A stretch of 64,000 bases of DNA. Origin: an uncultured Thermoactinomycetaceae bacterium. Its GTDB lineage: Bacteria > Bacillota > Bacilli > Thermoactinomycetales > CALJVA01. Numbering within the stretch: position 1 is the stretch's first letter; the number at the start of each line of letters is the position of its first letter. Position numbers and translations under genes: made by a program. The stretch covers positions 17,792 through 81,791 of the forward strand of contig CALJVA010000067.1 of assembly GCA_937975135.1 (NCBI GenBank), given 5' to 3'. Shown here piece after piece: positions 19,830 to 28,468 of this stretch. The notes below the pieces were generated by a model, which saw only the letters and a program-made list of their open reading frames with translations, was not told the DNA's origin and did not search any database.

Positions 19830-21299
19830 ATGGCAGAGAAAACCACTTATGAAGTACACAACTTTATCGATGGGGAATTTGTCCGTGGAAGCAGTGATGA
19901 AGTGAAGAAAGACATCAATCCCGCCAATACGGAAGATGTGATCGCGGAATATGTTCCTTCCACTGAGCAGGATGCACTGCGAGCAGTAGAAGCAGCACAA
20001 CAGGCATTTTCCGAATGGCGAAAAGTACCTGCGCCTCAGAGAGGGAACTATCTATTCCGAGTAGCTGATCGACTGGAAGAGAGAGCGGAAGAATTTGCTC
20101 ATCTAATTGTACGTGAGATGGGGAAGCGACTCATTGAGGCACAGAAAGAAGTGGAGTATGCGATCAATATTCTGCGTTTCTATGCCGGGGAAGGTTCTCG
20201 GTTAAATGGTAAATTGATCGCATCGGATCATCCTGATATCCAGGTTCAATTAATCAAAGAACCTTTAGGGGTTGTTTTAGCCGTTACACCATGGAACTTC
20301 CCACTTTCTATTCCGACTTGGAAAATCGCGCCAGCCATCGTGGCGGGCAATACGGTTGTCTTAAAGCCTTCCTCTGAAACACCTTTGGTCAGTGTGAAAT
20401 TGATGGAGATTTTTCAGGAAGTACAACTTCCTAAAGGGGTAGTGAATGCCGTAGTCGGACCTGGAAGATTGGTCTCCAAGATGATTCATCATCCTGCAGT
20501 ACAAGTGATTACATTTACCGGTTCCAATCGGGTTGGTAACCTTATCTATCAAGAAGCAAGTAAAGAGATGAAACGGGTACAACTCGAGATGGGCGGGAAA
20601 AACCCGTTAATTGTCTTGGATGATGCCGATTTGGATCTGGCTGTGGATCTTGCGATTCGTGGTGGATATGGTCAAGCGGGACAAGCTTGTACGGCCACAA
20701 GTCGTGTGATTGTACAATCTTCCATTGCTGAAGAGTTTACTCGTCGGCTGGTCGAGGAAGTAAAGAAATTAAAAGTGGGAAATGGTTTAGATCCCGATGT
20801 GGATATGGGACCACAAGTAAGCGAAGCAGAGTTGTCATCTACACTAGAAGCGATCCAGCAAGCGCTTTCTGATGGAGCAACACTATTATGTGGGGGAGAT
20901 GTTCCCAAAACCACAGAGACTCAACATGGATTTTTCGTCCAACCCACCGTTTTAGGTAATGTAAAACCAGGGACGAAAATCGCGTTGGAAGAGGTTTTTG
21001 GACCTGTGATCGCGATTATGGAAGTCGAAACGGTGGAGGAAGCGATTGAGCTTGCTAATGAGGTCGAATATGGCTTATCGTCTGCCGTCTGCACAAAAAG
21101 CTTGGCCCGGATGAACCAGGTTGTTCAAGGAGTAGAATCCGGTCTTGTGAAGGTAAATATGACGACCACAGGAACTTCATTCCAGGCTCCTTTTGGAGGA
21201 TACAAAAAGTCGAGTAATGGTGTATTTAAGGAATTGGGTAGTGAAGCGATGGATATTTATACACGTACGAAAACTGCCTATATTCATTATACCTCGTAA
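19830..21299 (+). CDS. NAD(P)-dependent aldehyde dehydrogenase
   Basis: 489 aa. ALDH signatures VTPWNFP, LEMGGKNPLIV (catalytic Glu) and GQACTATSR (catalytic Cys). Confidence 0.9.
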   Translation: MAEKTTYEVHNFIDGEFVRGSSDEVKKDINPANTEDVIAEYVPSTEQDALRAVEAAQQAFSEWRKVPAPQRGNYLFRVADRLEERAEEFAHLIVREMGKRLIEAQKEVEYAINILRFYAGEGSRLNGKLIASDHPDIQVQLIKEPLGVVLAVTPWNFPLSIPTWKIAPAIVAGNTVVLKPSSETPLVSVKLMEIFQEVQLPKGVVNAVVGPGRLVSKMIHHPAVQVITFTGSNRVGNLIYQEASKEMKRVQLEMGGKNPLIVLDDADLDLAVDLAIRGGYGQAGQACTATSRVIVQSSIAEEFTRRLVEEVKKLKVGNGLDPDVDMGPQVSEAELSSTLEAIQQALSDGATLLCGGDVPKTTETQHGFFVQPTVLGNVKPGTKIALEEVFGPVIAIMEVETVEEAIELANEVEYGLSSAVCTKSLARMNQVVQGVESGLVKVNMTTTGTSFQAPFGGYKKSSNGVFKELGSEAMDIYTRTKTAYIHYTS

Positions 21300-21313
21300 A
21301 GGAGGAGCGTTAA

Positions 21314-22054
21314 TTGGCAAAATCAGAAAAACCGGACCTATCATCGACCGTATTACGGGCGATCAAGGTGCTAAATTACTTAAAGGAAGCACCGGGTCCC
21401 CAATCCTTATCCGATATAAGCAGAGATACAAAGCTTTCACAGACGGCAGTTCATCGATTGTTGAATACTTTAAAGGTCGAAGGTTTTGTTTATCAACATC
21501 CACAGACCAAATTATACTCACTTGGCATCGCATTCATTGATTTTGCCAACAATTTCTTAACTGATATGCCGATCGCGCCGTTTGTTGAACCACATCTCAG
21601 CCGATTGCGCGATCAATCTGGGGAAACCGTAGGATTTTATGTGCCGATCGGCAATGAACGTGTCTGTGTGTTGGAATTTGAAAGTCAACAGGAAATTCGA
21701 CGAAGTGTTGGTATTGGTCGAAGACATCCTTTGTATCGAGGGGCAAGTGGGCGGGCCTTATTGGCCCATATGCCCAAAGATTATCAAGAGCGAATTCTAT
21801 CTTTTCTCCCTCTTGAGGAAAGAGAGAAGGTTAAAGAATTGCTTGATATCACTCGCAAAGATGGTTATTCCATCAATGAAGGCGAGATTACGGAAAGCGT
21901 AGGTGCGTTATCTGTTCCTGTTTTTGATCAACATCAAAAAGTGATTGGTGCTTTGTCTGTATCAGGACCCCTTTTCCGTTGGAACAAAGAGACGATGCTT
22001 CCCTTTGTTCCAATTTTGAAAGAAGCTTCGAAAACGATTACATCTTCCATGTAA
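21314..22054 (+). CDS. IclR-family transcriptional regulator
   Basis: 246 aa. N-terminal wHTH (VLRAIKVLNYLKEAPGPQSLSDISRDTKLSQTAVHRLLNTL) plus a C-terminal IclR effector domain (GALSVPVFD...IGALSVSGP). Confidence 0.9.
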   Translation: MAKSEKPDLSSTVLRAIKVLNYLKEAPGPQSLSDISRDTKLSQTAVHRLLNTLKVEGFVYQHPQTKLYSLGIAFIDFANNFLTDMPIAPFVEPHLSRLRDQSGETVGFYVPIGNERVCVLEFESQQEIRRSVGIGRRHPLYRGASGRALLAHMPKDYQERILSFLPLEEREKVKELLDITRKDGYSINEGEITESVGALSVPVFDQHQKVIGALSVSGPLFRWNKETMLPFVPILKEASKTITSSM

Positions 22055-22081
22055 TAAAAAATGATAAAAAGGAGGAGGAAA

Positions 22082-23674
22082 ATGAAAAATTCGTTATCCA
22101 AAAAAGCGATTGACTGGCCGGTATTATTGATAAGTGGTGGCTTTTTGGTCTTGTTTGTTATTGGATCCTTAATCAATAGTGATTTTGTCTCAAACCTAGT
22201 GGATCAATCCTTTAACTTTTCGATTGAATACTTCAGCTCCTTTTATCAGTTCCTGGTATTAGCTTATTTCTTCGTGGCCCTCTTTTTAGGAATTTCAAAG
22301 TATGGAAAGATTCGATTGGGCAAACGAGAAAAGCCGGAAATGAGCACATTTCGATGGATTGCCATTATTATGACGACGCTTATGGCCGGAGGTGGCGTAT
22401 TCTGGGCAGCCGCAGAACCCATGTTTCACTTTATGGAGACTCCTCCATACTTTGCTGAGCAAGGAATTAAGTCTTTAACCGAAGCTGCTGTCGTACCTGC
22501 GTTGAGTCAGAGTTATCTCCACTGGGGATTTATCGCTTGGGCGGTGAATGGAACATTAGGAGCCATCATTTTGATGTATGCCCATTACCATCGCGGAGCT
22601 CCATTAAAACCAAGAACACTTCTTTATCCCATCTTTGGGGATCGACTGTTTCGAAAAAATAGTGTGATCGGAGTTCTTGCTGATTCCGTCGCGATGATCG
22701 CTGTAGCAGCAGGAACCATCGGCCCTGTTGGGTTTCTCGGATTGCAGGCAGGATTTGCATTTGAAGAGATCTTTGGCATTCCCAATAACTTCACACTGCA
22801 TACCATCATAATTTTAGGAGTTGTAATCATCGCCGCCATTTCAGCTGCTACAGGTGTTCATAAAGGAATTCAATTTCTAAGCCGATTAAATGTTAATCTC
22901 ACCATCTTTCTTTGCGTCGCCATTTTATTCATTGGTCCAGGTATGTTTATAATCGATAAATTTTTCGGTGCCTTTGGTACCTATATTCAAAATTATATTG
23001 GCCTTGGAACCTATCGGGGTGACCCCGCGTGGTTAGGTGCTTGGACAGTATTCTTTATCGCTTGGTTTGTTGGATATGCACCTATGATGTCCATTTTCGT
23101 CGCTCGCATTTCCCGCGGCCGCTCCATTCGCCAAATCATCATGATCATCGGTGTAATGGCAGGGATTGTGATGAACTTCTGGTTTACTATTGTGGGTGGT
23201 TCGGGAATTTATTACGAGTTGGTCAACCCAGGATCTATTTCCGAAGTGTTGAGTGAGAATGGAATCCCAGCAGCCATGATCTCGATTACACAACAGCTTC
23301 CTTTGGGTTTCCTGTTTTCAGTACTATTTTTGGCAGTAACCATCATCTTTGTATTAACCACTACCGATTCAATTTCCTATACCATGGCCATCACCCTTAC
23401 AGGTGATGAAAACCCACCAAGGGGATTACGAATATTCTGGGCCCTCATCATGGGTGTGATCAGTGTGATTCTGGTCTCCTTTGGTGAAGGTACGATTAGC
23501 TCCTTACAATCGTTTATTGTCGTAACAGCAATTCCTGTATCAATTCTCATGCTTACAAATCTATGGACTGCACCAAAACTATGTGGTCAAATTGCAAAGG
23601 AGATAGGGATCACTCAATCCAGTGAACAGAAGCTCAACCCAACTCAAAAGGAAGCACTTCCAAGTGAATCTTAA
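22082..23674 (+). CDS. BCCT-family (betaine/carnitine/choline-type) transporter
   Basis: Polytopic protein. BCCT signature WTVFFIAWFVGYAPMMSIFVARISRGRSIRQ. ATG 22082 follows AAAGGAGGAGG. Confidence 0.9.
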   Translation: MKNSLSKKAIDWPVLLISGGFLVLFVIGSLINSDFVSNLVDQSFNFSIEYFSSFYQFLVLAYFFVALFLGISKYGKIRLGKREKPEMSTFRWIAIIMTTLMAGGGVFWAAAEPMFHFMETPPYFAEQGIKSLTEAAVVPALSQSYLHWGFIAWAVNGTLGAIILMYAHYHRGAPLKPRTLLYPIFGDRLFRKNSVIGVLADSVAMIAVAAGTIGPVGFLGLQAGFAFEEIFGIPNNFTLHTIIILGVVIIAAISAATGVHKGIQFLSRLNVNLTIFLCVAILFIGPGMFIIDKFFGAFGTYIQNYIGLGTYRGDPAWLGAWTVFFIAWFVGYAPMMSIFVARISRGRSIRQIIMIIGVMAGIVMNFWFTIVGGSGIYYELVNPGSISEVLSENGIPAAMISITQQLPLGFLFSVLFLAVTIIFVLTTTDSISYTMAITLTGDENPPRGLRIFWALIMGVISVILVSFGEGTISSLQSFIVVTAIPVSILMLTNLWTAPKLCGQIAKEIGITQSSEQKLNPTQKEALPSES

Positions 23675-23720
23675 TCAGCTTTAAACTATCTGACTAATTG
23701 TCCCAAGGTGTTGTCATCGT

Positions 23721-23750
23721 AAAAACCTCCCAAGTTAAGGGAGGTTTTTG
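23721..23750 (+). terminator. Rho-independent terminator ending the operon
   Basis: aaaacctccc-aagtta-agggaggtttt followed by tg. Confidence 0.7.
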
Positions 23751-23929
23751 ATGACTTCATACTTAATTTGGTAGGATGCTCTGATAGGTTTTTGCATTTG
23801 GAAAATAAAAATGGCTTAGAGGCTACTAAATAAAGGGAGATAGAGGAGGAAATAACGTTACAAAAGGCTTGTTTTGTTACCCTGAGATCGGACGCAGGGC
23901 TAAAACCCCGCGTCCTAACTTGTTATTGT

Positions 23930-24403
23930 TTAATTAGGAGGATGTTGGTGATCTCCATGTTCACGTATCTCAATTCGGTGAGGTCTTTTGGACTGATCTT
24001 TGGGAATATAGATTGTCAGGATCCCGTTTTTACTTTCTGCAGTGATCTGGTCGACTGCTACATTTTCAGGTAGAGTAAAGGATCGTTGGTAGGAACCATA
24101 GCGACTTTCGATTATATGTGCATGGCGCTGATCCCGTAGCTCTTCTTTTTGTCTGCGTTCCGCTCGAATCGTCAGTGTATTACCATTAATCTCTAGATCA
24201 ATATCTTTTGTTTCAATCCCCGGAAGCTCCGCTTCTACAATGTATTTATCCTTTGTTTCTTCAATATTAAGTGCTGGTAGCAGATGGGATGATTCATTCC
24301 AAAAGGACTCGCCAAAAAAACGATCAAAGGCGCGGTTGATCTCGTTTTGGATGCGAGCAAAAGGATTTCCATCTCGAATTGGATAACGTTGAGGCGTATT
24401 CAT
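23930..24403 (-). CDS. Hsp20/alpha-crystallin small heat-shock protein
   Basis: 157 aa. Alpha-crystallin core PALNIEETKDKYIVEAELPGIETKDIDLEINGNTLTIRAER...SFTLPENV...A.SKNGILTIYIPK. Confidence 0.9.
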   Translation of the reverse strand: MNTPQRYPIRDGNPFARIQNEINRAFDRFFGESFWNESSHLLPALNIEETKDKYIVEAELPGIETKDIDLEINGNTLTIRAERRQKEELRDQRHAHIIESRYGSYQRSFTLPENVAVDQITAESKNGILTIYIPKDQSKRPHRIEIREHGDHQHPPN

Positions 24404-24558
24404 TAGACTTCCTCCTCACAGATTTTGATTCAGACATCCATATTATGAGCAAGTAGTATTCTCTTTATAAAACACTTTTTTGCTGATTTCCCTGTGGTAC
24501 AATATAAAGAACATTTTTTAACGTTATTGGTACATGATTCGCTTGAAGGGATGGGGGG

Positions 24559-25107
24559 TTGGACTTGCTGGAAGAGGAATGGATTGAGCGGGCGAAAACA
24601 GGAGACCAAACCGCTTTAAAGAGAGTTTTGCAGGAGGTGGAGGCTCCGCTATACCGTACAGCACTTTATCTTCTTGGGAATGAACATGATGCCTTAGATG
24701 CCACTCAAGAAGCCCTATTACGAATTTATAAACGATTGGCCACATTTAAGGGGAATTCACGATTTGAAACATGGGCCCAGCGAATCGTAACCAATGTGTG
24801 TATCGATCTTTTGCGGATGAATAAAAGAGCCTACTATATAAAAGAAAATATAGAGTTAATCGATCCCAAGGCAGAGGCGAGAATACAATTTTCCGGTTTC
24901 TCATCTGATTTGAGAGGTGCGATCGAGAAATTGTCATCACTTCAACGTGCGGTAGTTATTTTTCGTTCTGTACATGACTTTACATATGCTGAGATTGCAG
25001 AGGTGCTGGACCTGCCTTTAAATACGGTGAAATCACACCTGTTTCGGGCGAGAAAACAGCTCCGGAAATATCTTTCGGAGTATAAGGAAAGCGGTGTTAT
25101 GCGATGA
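24559..25107 (+). CDS. ECF-type RNA polymerase sigma-70 family factor
   Basis: 182 aa. Region 2 (DALDATQEALLRIYKRLATF...RFETWAQRIVTNVCIDLLR) and region 4 (FTYAEIAEVLDLPLNTVKSHLFRARKQL). Confidence 0.85.
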   Translation: MDLLEEEWIERAKTGDQTALKRVLQEVEAPLYRTALYLLGNEHDALDATQEALLRIYKRLATFKGNSRFETWAQRIVTNVCIDLLRMNKRAYYIKENIELIDPKAEARIQFSGFSSDLRGAIEKLSSLQRAVVIFRSVHDFTYAEIAEVLDLPLNTVKSHLFRARKQLRKYLSEYKESGVMR

Positions 25108-25772
25108 ATTGCGAAGAGGCTCTAGATATGATTCAACGAAATCTAGATGGCGATTTGTCGGATTGGGAAACCGTACTGCTTGAAAAACACCTTTCGGTCT
25201 GTTCGAAATGTGCAAAGGAAAAGCATGATTTGGAAGAACTTTCGAGTAGGTTATCTCGCTTACCACAATCCTTACCGCCGGTTAGTATCGTCGATCAGGT
25301 GTTGATGCAGATCGATCATAATCGTGAAAAACCTTCCCATAGGGGTTCCTTATGGTGGATCATAGGAAGTACGAGTGCAGCTGTAATAATAGGAGGGCTA
25401 CTTTTTTGGCATCTGGAAGGTAGTTCACCAAATGAACAAATGTTGACGACGGAAACAGAAAGCATATCATCGGAACAAATTATGAATAATCAACAAAACC
25501 AAGAGACGGTATTTGAACCTTCTGTACCGCTTTGGTCACCAGATGGACAATACCGTGCTCAAGTGGAAGAACGGCGGGTAGTCATCTATTCTCGGGAAGG
25601 TGAAGTTTATTTTCGTTCTTCGCAATGGGCAGAAGAAGGAGAGACAGAACTCTTCTGGACTGGTGAACAAAAACTCACTCTTCAGTTAAAATGGGAGGAG
25701 AAGCGGATCGAAGTTTGGCAGATTGATTTAAATAAAGAGCCACCCGAGGTGATGATCAAAGATGGCCCATAA
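25104..25772 (+). CDS. Anti-sigma factor (zf-HC2, single TM, extracytoplasmic domain)
   Basis: ATGA overlap with the sigma gene. N-terminal H-x3-C-x2-C motif (HLSVCSKCAKE) and TM segment WWIIGSTSAAVIIGGLLFW. Confidence 0.8.
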   Translation: MNCEEALDMIQRNLDGDLSDWETVLLEKHLSVCSKCAKEKHDLEELSSRLSRLPQSLPPVSIVDQVLMQIDHNREKPSHRGSLWWIIGSTSAAVIIGGLLFWHLEGSSPNEQMLTTETESISSEQIMNNQQNQETVFEPSVPLWSPDGQYRAQVEERRVVIYSREGEVYFRSSQWAEEGETELFWTGEQKLTLQLKWEEKRIEVWQIDLNKEPPEVMIKDGP

Positions 25773-26790
25773 ATTATCCCAGGAGATAGCACATAACAAG
25801 TTTGCCCCAGTCTATGTATTTTATGGGATAGAAGAGTATCGGATCAAAAGAGCGTGTCAGATCATCCGTGAACGACTTGTTCCTGAAGAAGAACGAGAGA
25901 TGAATGAAATACAAGTAAATCTTAGTGAGGTACCTTTGGATGTTTTGATTCAGGAGGCAGAAACACCTCCTTTCTTTGGTAATCGGCGACTGATTATTGG
26001 TCAAAATGCCTTGTTTTTGACAGGAACGAAAGAGAGAACAAAAGTAGAGCATAATATTGAGGAATTGCTTCGATACATTGCCAATCCCCTCGATTCTAGT
26101 GTCGTGATTCTAATTGCTCCAACAGAAAAACTGGATAAAAGGAAAAAGATTGTAAAAGAGCTAGAGAAACATGCCCGGATGGTTAATTTTGAGCCTTTGA
26201 ATGAAAAGGAATTGTCAATTTGGGTGAGAAAACAGATCGAAAAAGAAGGTGCCCAAATTCGGCCAGAAGCAGTGATCCGTCTTATAGAATTGATCGGAAA
26301 TGATTTATATACATTGCACAATGAGTGTAAAAAGCTGTCCACCTATGTAGGAAGGGGAGGAGTCGTTACGCCACAGATGATTGACCAACTTACCCCTCGT
26401 ACATTGGAACAGGATGTTTTTAAGCTTATTGATCAAGTGGCAAGGCGGAAGACGGATCAAGCATTGGCAGTTCTCTATGACTTATTGCAAAATCGGGAAG
26501 AGCCTATTCGAATTCTAGCACTTATCATTCGGCAATTTCGGATCTTACTGCAAGTTTATACCTTAACCAGCCAGGGGAAGAGTGAGCGGGAAATAGCTTC
26601 AATACTAGGACTTCATCCTTATCCGGTTAAACTTGCTGTTCGTCAATGTAGGGCTTTTTCGGAAAAGTCCTTACGAACCCTTTTACGTAAAGCTATTGAA
26701 GCGGATCAAGGAATAAAAACTGGGAGAATCGAAAAGAGATTCGCCTTAGAACATCTTCTATTACAAATCGGAACAAGATCGTCTACATAA
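25762..26790 (+). CDS. holA: DNA polymerase III delta subunit
   Basis: 342 aa. PVYVFYGIEEYRIKRA N-terminus. Sits where holA (yqeN) follows comEC in B. subtilis. Overlaps the anti-sigma gene by 11 nt. Confidence 0.85.
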   Translation: MAHKLSQEIAHNKFAPVYVFYGIEEYRIKRACQIIRERLVPEEEREMNEIQVNLSEVPLDVLIQEAETPPFFGNRRLIIGQNALFLTGTKERTKVEHNIEELLRYIANPLDSSVVILIAPTEKLDKRKKIVKELEKHARMVNFEPLNEKELSIWVRKQIEKEGAQIRPEAVIRLIELIGNDLYTLHNECKKLSTYVGRGGVVTPQMIDQLTPRTLEQDVFKLIDQVARRKTDQALAVLYDLLQNREEPIRILALIIRQFRILLQVYTLTSQGKSEREIASILGLHPYPVKLAVRQCRAFSEKSLRTLLRKAIEADQGIKTGRIEKRFALEHLLLQIGTRSST

Positions 26791-27106
26791 CCCTGGAGAA
26801 CTTGCGAAATAAAGGAAAATCGGTAAAAAGAAGAGGTTTCAAAAGAGCGATTAATATTTTATGATCCCTGGGATTGATCTATGGGAGATCGTATCCCATT
26901 AAGGGGGGTTCTTTTTTTATAATGAAATAGCGAAACGTTTGTAATAATACTGTGAATCATCCCTATATTTTATAAATATTCCCAAACGATTGATGATGAA
27001 ATCGTAATACCAAAATTATAGATTATGCTCATCTTCAAAAAATGATAGGTTTTTCTCTCAAATGAAATAGATCATACACTTATTAACATCAGGAGGGAAC
27101 CATAAA

Positions 27107-27757
27107 ATGTATCCAGTTGAGATTTTTGTAGTTCATTATCCAGACAGCCTATTATCAGGATTGCAGCTCGTGTTGGAACGCGATATTGAAATTGTAAAAA
27201 GAGGAATCCTCGCAAACCTGTCTACTGAGAAAGATACCTTTCTGTCTAAAGTATCTTGGAAATGTTTTGGAAAAGACATAAAAGAAGTTCAGCAGGCGAT
27301 TACTGAAAAGAAAAGCTCAACAAAGGTGATTTTGTACGCCGATTGTTTGCCAGATTACTGGTTTAGTTATCTCTTAAAAGGTGTCAATGCTGTGGTAGCT
27401 ATCAAAGATCATCAGGAGTTACCAATCGCCATACACCTTGTCTCTCTAGGTGGAATTTATCTCAGCAAGGAATATAAAAATTGTTTTCGTAAAGGGCTAT
27501 ACTTCGAAACTGGTTTTGAATTAGCTAAAAATTGTATAGGATTAACTGAAATGGAGATAAAAGTGATTCGGGAAATTGCACAGGACCGTTCAAATAAGGA
27601 AATTGCTGAAGTGCTCTATATTAGTGAGCGGACTGTAGAATATCATATTTCCTCTGCAATGCGGAAAATGGGAGTAAAGTCAAGGGTTGGATTAGTTGTT
27701 AATATACTAAAAATGAATTTGATAGATTTGAAGGAAATACAAAAATTAAACAGTTGA
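27107..27757 (+). CDS. Orphan LuxR/GerE-family regulator with degenerate receiver-like N-terminus
   Basis: C-terminal HTH LTEMEIKVIREIAQDRSNKEIAEVLYISERTVEYHISSAMRKMGVKSR. The N-terminus EIFVVHYPD lacks the acidic DD pocket of NarL-type receivers. No cognate kinase lies nearby. Confidence 0.8.
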   Translation: MYPVEIFVVHYPDSLLSGLQLVLERDIEIVKRGILANLSTEKDTFLSKVSWKCFGKDIKEVQQAITEKKSSTKVILYADCLPDYWFSYLLKGVNAVVAIKDHQELPIAIHLVSLGGIYLSKEYKNCFRKGLYFETGFELAKNCIGLTEMEIKVIREIAQDRSNKEIAEVLYISERTVEYHISSAMRKMGVKSRVGLVVNILKMNLIDLKEIQKLNS

Positions 27758-27896
27758 ATATGCTATCCAGTACTAAGAAACTAGTGTGTTCCGAGGAAAT
27801 GACTGTGGAAAACACGGAAGATCTAAATAGTTGTATGTGATATATATATAATTAATTCATTTGTCTTAAGATTATATCTATATATCTATCAGAACA

Positions 27897-27958
27897 ACGG
27901 AATATTCATATGATTTACTGACGACGGAATACTAGAACTTATTTAAATGAGTTATTAT
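27897..27958 (+). promoter_or_regulatory. Candidate activator-dependent promoter of the precursor genes (direct repeats ACGGAATA x2 + TATTAT -10)
   Basis: ACGGAATA at 27897-27904 and 27924-27931 (27 bp start to start). TATTAT at 27953-27958 has a poor -35 (TACTAG) that abuts the second repeat. Confidence 0.3.
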
Positions 27959-28033
27959 GCAAGAAATGAAATTTGAATCACCCCCGTCGATGATTTCAAA
28001 AAATGCATGTTTTACAGAAAGGGGGTGAAAAGA

Positions 28034-28186
28034 ATGGAACTGAAGGATCTGGAAATCACTGGGTTAGAAGTGATGGAGTTGAATGATGCGACAGCATTGC
28101 CAGAAACCGGAGCATCTTCTGGTTCAACTTCCTGCTCTGCTACCTCCACATGCGGTTCCTCCTCCTGCTGTGGATCTTGCTGGTAA
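28034..28186 (+). CDS. Thiopeptide/lactazole-type RiPP precursor peptide A1 (50 aa)
   Basis: Hand translation: MELKDLEITGLEVMELNDATALPETGA-SSGSTSCSATSTCGSSSCCGSCW*. RBS GGGGGTG 6 nt upstream. Absent from the ORF track because it is shorter than 60 aa. Confidence 0.85.
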   Translation: MELKDLEITGLEVMELNDATALPETGASSGSTSCSATSTCGSSSCCGSCW

Positions 28187-28288
28187 TGGGTGAGGGAATC
28201 TTTGTAATCATCAGTTTAGATTGGTGATTCCAGTAATAAAAGGATAACTTTATACTTCCCTCAATGCCTTTATGAAAGAGGGGATAGT

Positions 28289-28441
28289 ATGGAACTGAAA
28301 GATCTAGAAATCTCAGGTATCGAGATAATGGATCTAAAAGATGCTACAGCATTGCCAGAGACAGGTGCTTCTGCGGGATCGTCTGGCTGCTCTGCTTGCT
28401 CTACCTGTGGTTCTTGTTCTTGCTGTAGCTCTTGTTTCTAA
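28289..28441 (+). CDS. Thiopeptide/lactazole-type RiPP precursor peptide A2 (50 aa)
   Basis: MELKDLEISGIEIMDLKDATALPETGA-SAGSSGCSACSTCGSCSCCSSCF*. RBS GAGGGGA upstream. Confidence 0.85.
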   Translation: MELKDLEISGIEIMDLKDATALPETGASAGSSGCSACSTCGSCSCCSSCF

Positions 28442-28468
28442 GAATCTACTTTGAGAGGAGGTGAAACT

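Noticed and set aside
23888-23916. Imperfect hairpin ggacgcaggg-ctaaaa-ccccgcgtcc downstream of hsp20
   Set aside because: It has one mismatch and no U-tract in the hsp20 direction. It may act as a terminator, but support is too weak to list.
27836-27895. tatatatata and atatctatatatctat low-complexity tract upstream of the precursors, considered as a repeat array or CRISPR-like element
   Set aside because: It is too short, with no spacer/repeat periodicity. It is best read as AT-rich promoter-upstream DNA (UP-element-like or curved DNA).
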